Assembly (NCBI RefSeq): GCF_988243305.1
Contig: NZ_OZ547136.1
DNA length: 64,000 bases
Strand: one strand, 5' to 3'
Positions within the stretch are counted from its first letter, which is position 1, and the number at the start of each line of letters is the position of its first letter. Shown one piece after another: positions 41,572-53,326 of this stretch. A program made the position numbers and the translations under genes. The notes below the pieces were generated by a model. That model was not told the DNA's origin. It saw only the letters and a program-made list of their open reading frames with translations, and made no database searches.

Positions 41572-44172
41572 TTATTGGAGCTGGCAAAGAATATTATTGA
41601 GAATAATCGTTTGCTGGATTTTCTCCGATGTCACATTGGGTTGCTGGTACTGCGCAATACAGGTTTTGGGCATGCTGGCTTCCAGCCAGGTGATTTTTAT
41701 CGTGCCCTGCTGCTGAATACCGCGAACAAATGCCTGCCCGCCCTGCCCAACGTTGCCAATGATTGCATTTGTTTCATCATGAATATCGGCGGCGAAGGGG
41801 ATACCTTTTCCGTCACTGCGTTTGATATTCATAATCGCAGATTGTCCCTGATTGGTTTCAAAACCAGCAAAGATAACCGAGCCCTGGCGTGGTACGGCAA
41901 CCGTACTGGTGCTCTTCATTTCGATGTCGTTTTCCAGGTTTTCAGTGTCCAGAGCAATTTTGTTTTCCTGGTATGGTGAAAGAGCACTGGTTACGCCATA
42001 TCCCCAACGGTCAACGGTATTGTTGCCGTAGTTAATACGCGCCCCTTTTGCACCCGGTGCTTTAACCAAAGCAATGGTGTCATTATCACTGAAACTGTCG
42101 TTGCTGAACGTCAGTCCTCCGCTGTGCAACACAAATCCACCATCTGTATTAACGGAGTACTGGCGGTTATTATCGCTGGTAGCAGAGACTGACCCAGCTA
42201 GCGTTCCCCATGGCGATTCATAGCTGGCATAACCCCCGATGTTGCTGAGATCTTTGCCGGTTTTATTCATCCCATAACCCGCGTTCACGCTATAGCTCAC
42301 GCGGTTATCGTTGCTATAACCGCTACTGCTCATGTTGAACTGATTATTACCATCCATATTGGTACTAAGTTGTGTATCAATACTTTGGAAACCGGAATCA
42401 CGGTGCTCCGTACCCATCAGCTTTTCGATAGGTATCGAAAAGCTGAGGTAAATACTGTTTTCTGTTTGGCTGTACTCATCCCAGGATCGTTGAGCGCTGA
42501 TACTGTAGCTTCCCCATGAAGCGCTGTTACTGTAGCCGACCGAATAGTTGCTACGGCTCTTACTGCCCCCCCAGTAATCAGACCAGCTTCCAGAGGTATA
42601 GAACGAGCCATAATCATCCTTCCCAAAGCGTAGCGGTTGGTTAATGCTTACGGTGAACTGGTTTTTCATGCGCCCGTAGTTGCGCATAGTTTTGGGATCA
42701 AGATCCTGAGTGGGATGTTCAACTTCATCAATAAGTGTTAATGCATCATTCAGGCCCAGATAGTCCTGCGTGGAGTAGCGGTAAGCCGCGATGTTTAATG
42801 ATGTATCTGTCAGGTCAAAAAATTTGTTCCAAGAGATGCGATAGCTTTGCCCCTGGTACCTTTTATCATCCGGTATATCGACACTGGAGTGGGTGACATC
42901 GAAGGAAATTGCGCCGACAGAAGTATTCATCCCAATGCCAAGTAAGCCTGCAGCATAATGATTATCTGTGACCTGAAAACCAGTATAGCCAGTGAACAGG
43001 TTACTTAAACCACGGTAATAGGTCGCTTGTAGTAAGTTTGGTTCATGATGCAAGTCGTCTTTATTAATTTGCCCGCCGCTGATATCCCAGCGAGAAACAC
43101 CCGGGCGCAGCATTTGAATTACTGAAGAAAATGGCTGAGAAAATGTACGCTTGCTGCCATCAGCTTCTTCAATGGTTACGATAAGATCGCTGCCATACCC
43201 TGACGGACTGAGATCATCAATGACAAAAGGTCCCGGTGGAACAGTGGTTTCATAAATTTTGTATCCACTCTGGGTGATGCTGACTTTGGCGTTAGTATTT
43301 GCTACACCACGAATTGTCGGGGCGAAGTTTGCCAATACAGGCGGCAGCATTCGGCTGTCGCTGTATAAGCGAATGCCGCGGATACTAACGGAGTCGAACG
43401 TTTCACCTGTGGTGTAGGATTCCCCCATAATGAGCTGCGAGCGAATAGCGGTAATGTCGCGCTGGACGTAGCGATTCATAAACTCAACATTGCTTCCCGC
43501 GTCGTTTCTCCAGCTATAGTTACCGCTGCTACGCAGACGCCAGGCCCCTAAATTGACGCCACCATTGAACGATGTATAAACGCTATCATTTGTATAATTT
43601 GAATTTTCACTGCGATAAGCGTTGATGTTATAAGACAGCGTAGCCGCGTTAATGCCATTTTCCCAAAGTGATGGGTCCACATAGTTTTGATAATTCTTCA
43701 TCACCCACGCCTGGGGAACATTGATATCCAGACGTTGTTCAGAGGGGTCATAGCTCACTGAGGATTTAGGTATGGCTAACGACAGGTCAAGACAGTTGCC
43801 AAGCGTTTCATCCCGTGGAAGAAGGATAGTATTTTCCTCGTCTGCCGGGGGGGTCTTGATATGCAGTTGTAGTAGATTTTTCAGGGTAATACAGGCTTGA
43901 GCATTCTTTTTATCGGGGATCGCGATAAAGGGGATCTCCAGGTTAGCAACAGGTTGCTCGTTAACATAGATGCTAACATCGTAAACACCAGGCAAAGTCG
44001 GGTTGCCATCGCTATAGCGGCTAACATCAATACTGGAAGCGTTGCCACCCATTAAAAAGGTAGGGTCATACTCAACGCTTTCGGCTCCGATGGTAGCGCC
44101 GCTATACATAATTGAGCAATACATTGCGATACGCGTAAGATTATGGCGTTTAGTCGATGTCGTTGTTTTCAT
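41572..44172 (-). CDS. htrE: Outer membrane fimbrial usher
   Basis: Large beta-barrel usher; start trimmed to MKTTTSTKRHNLTRIAMYCS (about 866 aa). Confidence 0.9.
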   Translation of the reverse strand: MKTTTSTKRHNLTRIAMYCSIMYSGATIGAESVEYDPTFLMGGNASSIDVSRYSDGNPTLPGVYDVSIYVNEQPVANLEIPFIAIPDKKNAQACITLKNLLQLHIKTPPADEENTILLPRDETLGNCLDLSLAIPKSSVSYDPSEQRLDINVPQAWVMKNYQNYVDPSLWENGINAATLSYNINAYRSENSNYTNDSVYTSFNGGVNLGAWRLRSSGNYSWRNDAGSNVEFMNRYVQRDITAIRSQLIMGESYTTGETFDSVSIRGIRLYSDSRMLPPVLANFAPTIRGVANTNAKVSITQSGYKIYETTVPPGPFVIDDLSPSGYGSDLIVTIEEADGSKRTFSQPFSSVIQMLRPGVSRWDISGGQINKDDLHHEPNLLQATYYRGLSNLFTGYTGFQVTDNHYAAGLLGIGMNTSVGAISFDVTHSSVDIPDDKRYQGQSYRISWNKFFDLTDTSLNIAAYRYSTQDYLGLNDALTLIDEVEHPTQDLDPKTMRNYGRMKNQFTVSINQPLRFGKDDYGSFYTSGSWSDYWGGSKSRSNYSVGYSNSASWGSYSISAQRSWDEYSQTENSIYLSFSIPIEKLMGTEHRDSGFQSIDTQLSTNMDGNNQFNMSSSGYSNDNRVSYSVNAGYGMNKTGKDLSNIGGYASYESPWGTLAGSVSATSDNNRQYSVNTDGGFVLHSGGLTFSNDSFSDNDTIALVKAPGAKGARINYGNNTVDRWGYGVTSALSPYQENKIALDTENLENDIEMKSTSTVAVPRQGSVIFAGFETNQGQSAIMNIKRSDGKGIPFAADIHDETNAIIGNVGQGGQAFVRGIQQQGTIKITWLEASMPKTCIAQYQQPNVTSEKIQQTIILNNILCQLQ

Positions 44173-44206
44173 TACATTGGCTTCCTGCTGCATAAGGTCC
44201 CTGGTC

Positions 44207-44938
44207 TTACAAATTGACATCGCCTTCAATTGCGCCGCCAAAATCATTAATCGCGGAGAAATGTACCTTTCCTGACGTTGCTTTCCCGCCTGAACCGCTT
44301 ATGGTGAAAATCTCTTCGCTTTTCGGTGCAACCATTTTTACATTGAGCGGGTTCGACTTACCGCCAGCGATTAACTCTGCACTGTTGAAAGAGACGTAAT
44401 AAGGTGTTGGGTTATATACACTCAGGCCAGACTTCCCTTCAGCCCATTTCCATTTCAGGGCTAATGGTGCTTCAGACGGGTTACCGTTTAATCCTGCCGG
44501 ACGATAGAACAGCTTGATACGGGTACGGAAAGCCAGTTGTAACAGGCTCTGATTCTCTACTTTTGAAGCATCTGGTTTTGGGGGCACTTCCAGCACGTTA
44601 AACCAGAATACGCTTTCTTTATCGCTGGGGAGTACGGTACTGCCGGTATACATCAATTTGATGGTTTGACCGCGTTTAGCATCAATACGTGAAACGGGAG
44701 GTGTTGCCGTAAATGGTACATTAATGCTTCCTGGCTCAGCGTTATCGTCACCGGTATCCAGCCAGCTTTGTACTAACAGGTGGCTATTGCCTTTATTCTC
44801 CAGGCGTACGCTAACGCTTTTTTGATCACTTTTATAAATGACGCGTGTACCGGAAATAACAATATCAGCCATAACAGGCATGCTAAATGCCATACTACTG
44901 GCAACACATAATGCGACAATATTCTTTTTATTTAACAA
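44207..44938 (-). CDS. yadV: Periplasmic fimbrial chaperone (PapD family)
   Basis: PapD-like Ig-fold chaperone; ORF track starts at an upstream GTG, I place the start at a TTG giving MLNKKNIVALCVASSMAFSMPVMA; start uncertain. Confidence 0.8.
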   Translation of the reverse strand: MLNKKNIVALCVASSMAFSMPVMADIVISGTRVIYKSDQKSVSVRLENKGNSHLLVQSWLDTGDDNAEPGSINVPFTATPPVSRIDAKRGQTIKLMYTGSTVLPSDKESVFWFNVLEVPPKPDASKVENQSLLQLAFRTRIKLFYRPAGLNGNPSEAPLALKWKWAEGKSGLSVYNPTPYYVSFNSAELIAGGKSNPLNVKMVAPKSEEIFTISGSGGKATSGKVHFSAINDFGGAIEGDVNL

Positions 44939-45030
44939 AATATACCATCCATGACATGAATTGTTTTCAAGACAAGGGGGCGACAATAGGTGTCGCACCC
45001 TTGTAGTAATTTAAATCACCAACGAATAAC

Positions 45031-45603
45031 TTAATTGTAGGTGATGGTGTAAGCTGTGTTGGTTCTTACATAACCAGCCGTTGCTGGTGTTGAGTCGTCT
45101 TCACGAACATAGGAGGCTTTGAAGTCAAAGACTGCAACATTATTGGTTAATGCTTTAGTGTAAGCATCAGATGCGTTATTAATTTTGACTTGTTTAACAG
45201 TGGTGCCGTCAATGTTGTGCAGGGCGATATTCACACCAGATGACGGGGTGGTGATGGACATATCGTTATTCAAAGTGCCACGACTGTTACCAAAGAAAAC
45301 TGAACCGAATGTCAGAGTCGGTTGGCCTCCCGGAGTCGCTTTGCTGCAGTCTACAGTAATGCTAAACGGTTTCGCTTTGGCACCGACAGCAGTTTCAGAT
45401 ACACCAGCGGTAATTTCAGCAACCGTTGCAGTTTGCAGAAGAACCAGGCCATCTTGCTTGCCGCCATCAACTTTTGTTTCACAGGTGTTATCGCTAACCA
45501 AGCCACTGATGTTAATCTGACCACCGTCCATATCAGCAGAAGCAGTACCTGCAACCATTGCCAGCATAAGACCAGACAGGGCAAAACCTAATTTTTTAGA
45601 CAT
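45031..45603 (-). CDS. yadN: Major fimbrial subunit
   Basis: Start trimmed to [23 protein letters not shown]; first gene of the yad operon, AT-rich upstream region. Confidence 0.8.
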   Translation of the reverse strand: MSKKLGFALSGLMLAMVAGTASADMDGGQINISGLVSDNTCETKVDGGKQDGLVLLQTATVAEITAGVSETAVGAKAKPFSITVDCSKATPGGQPTLTFGSVFFGNSRGTLNNDMSITTPSSGVNIALHNIDGTTVKQVKINNASDAYTKALTNNVAVFDFKASYVREDDSTPATAGYVRTNTAYTITYN

Positions 45604-45951
45604 AATAATCCTTGAATTATATTCCATGAGTTTAACTACAATCGGGTGCTTTCAGACAAAGAACCCCGATAGAGAAAAATAGATTGGTTTGTTAATGATG
45701 AATGTGAAGATTTACTGAATGTAACATCTGTTCATCACCAAGTGGGATATTGTGCATATTTAAATTTATATATCCACTTAATTCATCTTTAAGTAAAACT
45801 TAATGTACAAAGCGGGAAAAATATTGTATGTGAGGCGGAAGGTGTTAACGGGGTATATAATATTAATTATGGTTGTAGCTTAGGGAATATATTAATTGCA
45901 ATGGGGTAAGGCTATTTTTCGGAATTTATTTATATTCATGAAATCATTAAA

Positions 45952-46431
45952 TCACCATTTGTTTAATTCATGAAATTTATTTATTTTTAATAAATTTCCT
46001 AATACTGTTCCATCAGGAAACACCAGCTCCGGCGCAATTTCAAACAGCGGCCACAGCATAAATCCACGATTCTTCATATCGTAGTGCGGAACGGTCAGGC
46101 GTTCGGTATTTATTACTTCATTACCAAATAGCATGATGTCGAGATCCAGTGTGCGCGGCCCCCAGCGTTCCGCTTTACGGACGCGACCTTGTTGTAACTC
46201 AATACGTTGTGTGTGGTTGAGTAACTCTTCAGGTGCAAGAGAGGTTTCCAGCGCCACGGCTGCGTTTAAGTAATCGGGTTGATCTTGCGGCCCCAGCGGT
46301 GGGGTGCGGTAAAACGAAGAAACGGCAAGAATGTGGCTTTCAGGGATATCGCCTAATGCTTTCAGGGCAGCATTGACCTGCTCCAGCGGAGAGGCCAGAT
46401 TGCTGCCTATGGCAATATACGCCACTGTCAT
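45952..46431 (-). CDS. folK: 2-amino-4-hydroxy-6-hydroxymethyldihydropteridine pyrophosphokinase
   Basis: 159-aa ORF recognised as FolK (HPPK). Confidence 0.95.
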   Translation of the reverse strand: MTVAYIAIGSNLASPLEQVNAALKALGDIPESHILAVSSFYRTPPLGPQDQPDYLNAAVALETSLAPEELLNHTQRIELQQGRVRKAERWGPRTLDLDIMLFGNEVINTERLTVPHYDMKNRGFMLWPLFEIAPELVFPDGTVLGNLLKINKFHELNKW

Positions 46432-47825
46432 GCGGTACCCTCACGACGCGGTGCGCGTTTGCGTGGACGACGAGAACGGCGACGCGGTGACGGCTCTTCA
46501 TCCAGCTCGTTGAGCATCCCTTTTTGGTCTGGTGGCGCGGAAACCTGGAACTCACCCCACCATTTCACAAGACGCTGCAGTTCAGCGTTACGTTCAACTT
46601 CAGCTCGCAAGGCCAACAGGTCATAAGCCGCACGGAACTTAGGATGCTCCAGCAGTTTCCAGGCGCGTTTACCCTGACGTCGGGACATACGCAACTGCAA
46701 CTGCCAGATATCGCGGGTTAACGTCGTCAGACGTTTCGGGATTGCCAGTGAACGGCAGGCTTCGTCCAGCACGTCGTTCATCGCCAGCGCGAAAGCGTCG
46801 TGATAGGTCAGGCCACTTTCCTGGGCGATCTTCTGTGCTGTCTCCAGCAGTGGGTACCAGAACATGGCGGCAAACAGGAACGCCGGGTTCACGCGCATAT
46901 CGTTATGGATACGCGTGTCGGTATTCTTCAGCACCTGTTCAATGATCCGCTCCATCGGGCTGTCGCCATTTTCCGTGAAGTAGCGGGTAATGGTCGGGAA
47001 CAGCGGCTGGAACAGGTGATATTCACACAGCAGCTTATAGGTTTCGTAACCGTAGCCCGCTTGCAGCAGTTTCAAAGATTCTTCAAACAGACGTGCCGGT
47101 GGAATATCGTTCAGCAGGGTAGCGAGGCGAGGGATCGGTTCTGCGGTTTCAGGACTGATACGCATACCCAATTTGGCGGCAAAACGTACCGCGCGCAGCA
47201 TCCGTACCGGATCTTCACGGTAGCGCGTTTCCGGGTTACCAATCAGACGGATAACGCCGTCTTTCAGATCCTTCATGCCGCCAACGTAATCACGGACGGT
47301 AAAATCTGCCACGCTGTAATACAGGCTGTTGATAGTGAAATCGCGGCGCTGGGCGTCTTCTTCGATGGAGCCGAAAATGTTGTCGCGCAGCAACATGCCG
47401 TTTTGCCCGCGTTGGGAGGTCGTGCGGTCGCTGATGTTACCTTCGTGGTGTCCACGGAAGGTCGCAACTTCGATAATCTCCGGGCCAAACATCACATGAG
47501 CCAGACGGAAACGGCGACCCACCAGGCGGCAGTTACGGAACAGTTTGCGCACCTGCTCAGGCGTGGCGTTAGTGGTTACGTCAAAATCTTTCGGCTTTTT
47601 GCCAAGTAACAGGTCGCGCACGCCGCCGCCAACCAGCCAGGCTTCGTATCCCGCTTTATTGAGCCTGTACATTACCTTCAGGGCATTTTCACTGATATCT
47701 TTGCGGGAAATAGCATGCTGCTCACGCGGGATCACCGTCACCTGTGGACGGGCGACTGCCTGTTCAGCCTCGCTTTCCTCGCGGCTTAGCACCTTGCGGC
47801 AAAAATTAGCGACTCGGGTAAAAAT
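46428..47825 (-). CDS. pcnB: Poly(A) polymerase I
   Basis: Nucleotidyltransferase motifs present; ORF track starts at an upstream Met, I place the start at the AUU (Ile) of ..[12 protein letters not shown].. as described for pcnB; stop overlaps folK start. Confidence 0.9.
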   Translation of the reverse strand: MFTRVANFCRKVLSREESEAEQAVARPQVTVIPREQHAISRKDISENALKVMYRLNKAGYEAWLVGGGVRDLLLGKKPKDFDVTTNATPEQVRKLFRNCRLVGRRFRLAHVMFGPEIIEVATFRGHHEGNISDRTTSQRGQNGMLLRDNIFGSIEEDAQRRDFTINSLYYSVADFTVRDYVGGMKDLKDGVIRLIGNPETRYREDPVRMLRAVRFAAKLGMRISPETAEPIPRLATLLNDIPPARLFEESLKLLQAGYGYETYKLLCEYHLFQPLFPTITRYFTENGDSPMERIIEQVLKNTDTRIHNDMRVNPAFLFAAMFWYPLLETAQKIAQESGLTYHDAFALAMNDVLDEACRSLAIPKRLTTLTRDIWQLQLRMSRRQGKRAWKLLEHPKFRAAYDLLALRAEVERNAELQRLVKWWGEFQVSAPPDQKGMLNELDEEPSPRRRSRRPRKRAPRREGTA

Positions 47826-47884
47826 AGTACACCTCGGTAGTGTCAAACATCATTCAGGACAAAAAAATAGCGGCTAATCATAGC

Positions 47885-48811
47885 TCAGCATGACGCATTT
47901 GAGAATGTTGAATTTACAATTGCCGACTCAGGCACGGCGGTAAGCCGCCAGTTTTTGACGGCTAACTGAAGGATTTGCTCGACGCTGAAATCCTGCCAGT
48001 GTGCTTCTGCCTGCTGCCCCAGAAATTGAAGTGCCGCGATTAGTACCGGGCGTGGATCGCCTTTTGGCAACGCAGGCGCATGATTCTGCTTGGAAAGTTT
48101 AGCGCCTTGTGGATTAAGCGCCAGCGGAAGATGAATGTAATCTGGCACTTGCCAGCCAAAAAGCTGGTACAGCGAGATTTGCCGCACTGTCGGTTCGATC
48201 AAATCTGCCCCGCGGACAATTTCGCTCACGCCCTGGAAGTGATCATCCACCACCACCGCCAGGTTATAGGCAAACAAACCATCACGGCGATGAATAATAA
48301 AATCTTCCCGTGCCAGTTTTTCGTCGGCGTGAATAATGCCTCGCAGCAGGTCAGTAAACTGGGTGACCGGATGCTGCTGGCGGATACGTACTGCGGCGTT
48401 GTCTGGTCCATGATGCAATTCCCGGCAATGGCCGTCGTAAATACCGCCAATGCTTTGAATACGCGCGCGCGTGCAGGTGCAGTAATAACTTAGTCCTTGC
48501 TCATGTAACCAGGCGAGTGCTTCGCGATAGGCGTCGTGACGTTGCGATTGCCAGAGAACGTCGCCGTCCCAGTGCAGACCGTAATGTTCCAGCTGGCGCA
48601 GGATAGTCTCTGCGGCACCGGGAACTTCACGAGGCGGGTCGATATCTTCAATGCGTACCAGCCAGCGACCTTGCCTAGCGCGAGCCTGTAAATAGCTGCC
48701 AAGCGCGGCAATCAGAGAGCCAAAATGAAGCTCGCCGGAAGGAGAGGGGGCAAAGCGGCCAATATAGTGTGTGTCTGTCATCTCTTTGAACAAAAAATAA
48801 GGCGGGAGCAT
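47885..48811 (-). CDS. gluQ: Glutamyl-Q tRNA(Asp) synthetase
   Basis: 308-aa ORF, class I aaRS-like with HIGH-type motif ([10 protein letters not shown]); start may be the internal Met ([10 protein letters not shown]...). Confidence 0.9.
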   Translation of the reverse strand: MLPPYFLFKEMTDTHYIGRFAPSPSGELHFGSLIAALGSYLQARARQGRWLVRIEDIDPPREVPGAAETILRQLEHYGLHWDGDVLWQSQRHDAYREALAWLHEQGLSYYCTCTRARIQSIGGIYDGHCRELHHGPDNAAVRIRQQHPVTQFTDLLRGIIHADEKLAREDFIIHRRDGLFAYNLAVVVDDHFQGVSEIVRGADLIEPTVRQISLYQLFGWQVPDYIHLPLALNPQGAKLSKQNHAPALPKGDPRPVLIAALQFLGQQAEAHWQDFSVEQILQLAVKNWRLTAVPESAIVNSTFSNASC

Positions 48812-48847
48812 TTCCCGCCTGTGGTAAACGTGATGGAACGGCTGTAA

Positions 48848-49303
48848 TTAGCCAGCCATCTGTTTTTCGCGAATTTCAGCCAGCGTTTTGCAGTCGATGC
48901 ACAGATCGGCTGTCGGGCGCGCTTCCAGACGGCGAATACCAATTTCAACACCGCAGGATTCGCAGTAGCCGAAATCTTCGTCTTCCACTTTTTTCAGCGT
49001 CTTCTCGATCTTTTTGATCAGCTTACGCTCGCGATCGCGGTTACGCAGTTCGAGGCTGAACTCTTCTTCCTGGGCTGCACGGTCTACCGGGTCCGGGAAG
49101 TTGGCTGCTTCATCCTGCATATGTGTAACGGTGCGATCGACTTCATCCCTGAGTTGATTACGCCATGCTTCCAGAATACGACGGAAGTGCGCCAGCTGGG
49201 CTTCATTCATATACTCTTCGCCCGGCTTCTCCTGATATGGTTCCACCCCAGCGATGGCGAGAATACTCAGGGACGATGTTTTACGGTTTTGCCCTTCTTG
49301 CAT
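48848..49303 (-). CDS. dksA: RNA polymerase-binding transcription factor DksA
   Basis: Start trimmed to [11 protein letters not shown] (151 aa); C4 zinc finger CESCGVEI...CIDC. Confidence 0.95.
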   Translation of the reverse strand: MQEGQNRKTSSLSILAIAGVEPYQEKPGEEYMNEAQLAHFRRILEAWRNQLRDEVDRTVTHMQDEAANFPDPVDRAAQEEEFSLELRNRDRERKLIKKIEKTLKKVEDEDFGYCESCGVEIGIRRLEARPTADLCIDCKTLAEIREKQMAG

Positions 49304-49480
49304 GTTGCTTCTCCTTAACACGCACTATCGATCCCCATGTTCGGGGGAAAAATGAGGCCGCTATAAATAGCAGATGCTTTTCCGGATAGCAATTATCTAA
49401 ACGTAACACTTGACAACTGTGTGAGGAAAAGCGTATTTGCGCACGCGACCAGAATGTAAATTAACCAGTTACTTACTCTA

Positions 49481-50730
<1,250 letters not shown>

Positions 50731-50803
50731 GTGAGGCACTCGGTTATGAATTACCGCGATGCTACAATGTGCCGCGAAGAATGTTAACCCTCTGGAGCGT
50801 TTT

Positions 50804-53233
50804 GTGTCGTCGTTGCCCGTTGCTGCCGTCTTACCTGAATTACTTACCGCTCTCGATTGTGCATCGCAGGTGTTATTAAGTGCGCCGACCGGGGCCGGGA
50901 AATCAACCTGGCTGCCGCTGCAACTGCTGGCGCATTCAGCTATTCACGGGAAAATCATTCTGCTGGAGCCGCGTCGTCTGGCGGCGCGTAACGTTGCGCA
51001 ACGGCTGGCGGAGCTGCTTAACGAAAAGCCAGGCGATACCGTTGGCTACCGGATGCGTGCGCAAAACTGCGTCGGGCCGAATACCCGCCTGGAAGTGGTT
51101 ACCGAAGGCGTGCTGACGCGCATGATCCAGCGTGACCCGGAACTGAGCGGTGTTGGATTGGTGATCCTCGATGAGTTTCATGAGCGCAGCTTGCAGGCGG
51201 ATTTGGCGTTGGCGCTGTTACTCGATGTGCAACAAGGTCTGCGTGATGACCTTAAACTGCTGATTATGTCGGCTACGCTGGACAACGACCGCTTGCAGCA
51301 AATGCTGCCAGAAGCGCCCGTCATCATCTCAGAAGGGCGCTCGTTTCCGGTTGAACGCCGTTATTTACCGCTGCCCGCGCATCAGCGTTTTGACGAAGCC
51401 GTTGCGGTAGCCACCGCCGAAATGCTGCGTCAGGAAAGTGGATCATTACTGTTATTTTTACCAGGCGTCGGAGAAATTCAGCGCGTGCAGGAACAACTGG
51501 CTTCGCGCATCGGCAGTGATGTGTTGCTCTGCCCGCTGTATGGCGCGTTGTCGCTGAACGATCAGCGAAAAGCGATCCTCCCGGCACCGCAAGGGATGCG
51601 CAAAGTGGTGCTGGCGACCAATATTGCTGAAACCAGTTTAACCATTGAAGGTATTCGTCTGGTGGTGGATTGTGCCCAGGAGCGTGTGGCGCGTTTTGAT
51701 CCGCGCACGGGGCTTACGCGGTTGATTACTCAACGCGTTAGTCAGGCATCCATGACGCAGCGTGCCGGGCGCGCCGGGCGTCTGGAGCCGGGTATCTGCC
51801 TGCATTTAATCGCCAAAGAACAAGCAGAACGCGCTGCGGCGCAAAGTGAACCGGAAATATTACAAAGCGATCTTTCCGGTTTGCTGATGGAATTACTGCA
51901 ATGGGGATGCAGCGATCCGGCGCAGATGAGCTGGCTGGATCAACCGCCAACGGTGAATCTACTGGCCGCGAAACGCCTGTTACGGATGCTGGGGGCGCTG
52001 GACGGTGAACGGCTTAGTGCGCAAGGGCAAAAAATGGCAGCGCTGGGTAACGATCCGCGTTTAGCGGCAATGCTGGTTAGCGCGAAGAACGACGACGAAG
52101 CTGCTACCGCGGCAAAAATTGCCGCCATTCTCGAAGAGCCGCCACGGATGGGCAATAGTGACCTGGGCGTGGCGTTTTCGCGCAATCAACCAGCCTGGCA
52201 GCAACGTAGTCAGCAACTGTTAAAACGTTTAAACGTACGCGGCGGTGAGGCAGACAGTTCTCTTATCGCGCCGCTACTTGCCGGGGCGTATGCCGATCGC
52301 ATTGCTCGTCGCCGTGGGCAAGATGGACGCTATCAACTGGCAAACGGCATGGGGGCGATGCTCGATGCCGACGATGCGCTAAGCCGCCACGAATGGTTGA
52401 TCGCACCGTTATTATTGCAGGGCAGCGCCTCGCCGGATGCGCGGATTTTACTGGCGCTGCCGGTCGATATTGATGAGTTAGTACAACGCTGCCCGCAGCT
52501 GGTACAGCAGTCGGACACCGTGGAATGGGATGACGCGCAAGGCACGCTGAAAGCCTGGCGTCGGCTGCAAATCGGTCAGTTGACGGTGAAAGTGCAGCCA
52601 CTGGCGAAACCCTCGGAAGACGAGTTGCATCAGGCGATGCTTAACGGCATTCGTGATAAAGGTTTAAGCGTGCTCAACTGGACGGCGGAAGCGGAACAGC
52701 TACGCTTGCGTTTGTTATGCGCCGCAAAGTGGTTGCCGGAATATGACTGGCCAGCGGTTGATGATGAGAGTTTGTTGGCGACGCTGGAAACGTGGCTACT
52801 GCCGCATATGAGCGGCGTGCATTCACTACGCGGCCTGAAATCACTCGACATTTATCAGGCACTACGCGGATTACTTGATTGGGGAATGCAGCAACGTCTG
52901 GATAGTGAATTGCCTGCGCATTACACTGTGCCGACGGGAAGCCGGATCGCCATTCGTTATCATGAAGATAACCCGCCCGCGCTGGCGGTGAGAATGCAGG
53001 AGATGTTTGGTGAGGCCACCAATCCGACGATCGCTCAGGGGCGCGTGCCGCTGGTGCTGGAGTTGCTTTCCCCTGCCCAAAGGCCGCTGCAAATCACACG
53101 AGATTTGAGCGCCTTCTGGAAAGGAGCGTACCGTGAGGTGCAAAAAGAGATGAAAGGGCGTTATCCCAAACATGTCTGGCCGGACGACCCGGCAAACACG
53201 GCACCGACGCGACGGACGAAAAAGTATTCGTGA
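50804..53233 (+). CDS. hrpB: ATP-dependent RNA helicase HrpB (DEAH-box)
   Basis: Walker A APTGAGKST and DEFH motifs; start set at GTG 50804 (809 aa); ORF track extends upstream. Confidence 0.9.
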   Translation: MSSLPVAAVLPELLTALDCASQVLLSAPTGAGKSTWLPLQLLAHSAIHGKIILLEPRRLAARNVAQRLAELLNEKPGDTVGYRMRAQNCVGPNTRLEVVTEGVLTRMIQRDPELSGVGLVILDEFHERSLQADLALALLLDVQQGLRDDLKLLIMSATLDNDRLQQMLPEAPVIISEGRSFPVERRYLPLPAHQRFDEAVAVATAEMLRQESGSLLLFLPGVGEIQRVQEQLASRIGSDVLLCPLYGALSLNDQRKAILPAPQGMRKVVLATNIAETSLTIEGIRLVVDCAQERVARFDPRTGLTRLITQRVSQASMTQRAGRAGRLEPGICLHLIAKEQAERAAAQSEPEILQSDLSGLLMELLQWGCSDPAQMSWLDQPPTVNLLAAKRLLRMLGALDGERLSAQGQKMAALGNDPRLAAMLVSAKNDDEAATAAKIAAILEEPPRMGNSDLGVAFSRNQPAWQQRSQQLLKRLNVRGGEADSSLIAPLLAGAYADRIARRRGQDGRYQLANGMGAMLDADDALSRHEWLIAPLLLQGSASPDARILLALPVDIDELVQRCPQLVQQSDTVEWDDAQGTLKAWRRLQIGQLTVKVQPLAKPSEDELHQAMLNGIRDKGLSVLNWTAEAEQLRLRLLCAAKWLPEYDWPAVDDESLLATLETWLLPHMSGVHSLRGLKSLDIYQALRGLLDWGMQQRLDSELPAHYTVPTGSRIAIRYHEDNPPALAVRMQEMFGEATNPTIAQGRVPLVLELLSPAQRPLQITRDLSAFWKGAYREVQKEMKGRYPKHVWPDDPANTAPTRRTKKYS

Positions 53234-53326
53234 AGACCAAAGCAAATTTGAGAGATATCTTCTTCTGTCTTGCAACAGAAGAACAGAAAATCGGGCTTTT
53301 GCGCCTGAATATTGCGGAGAAAAAGC

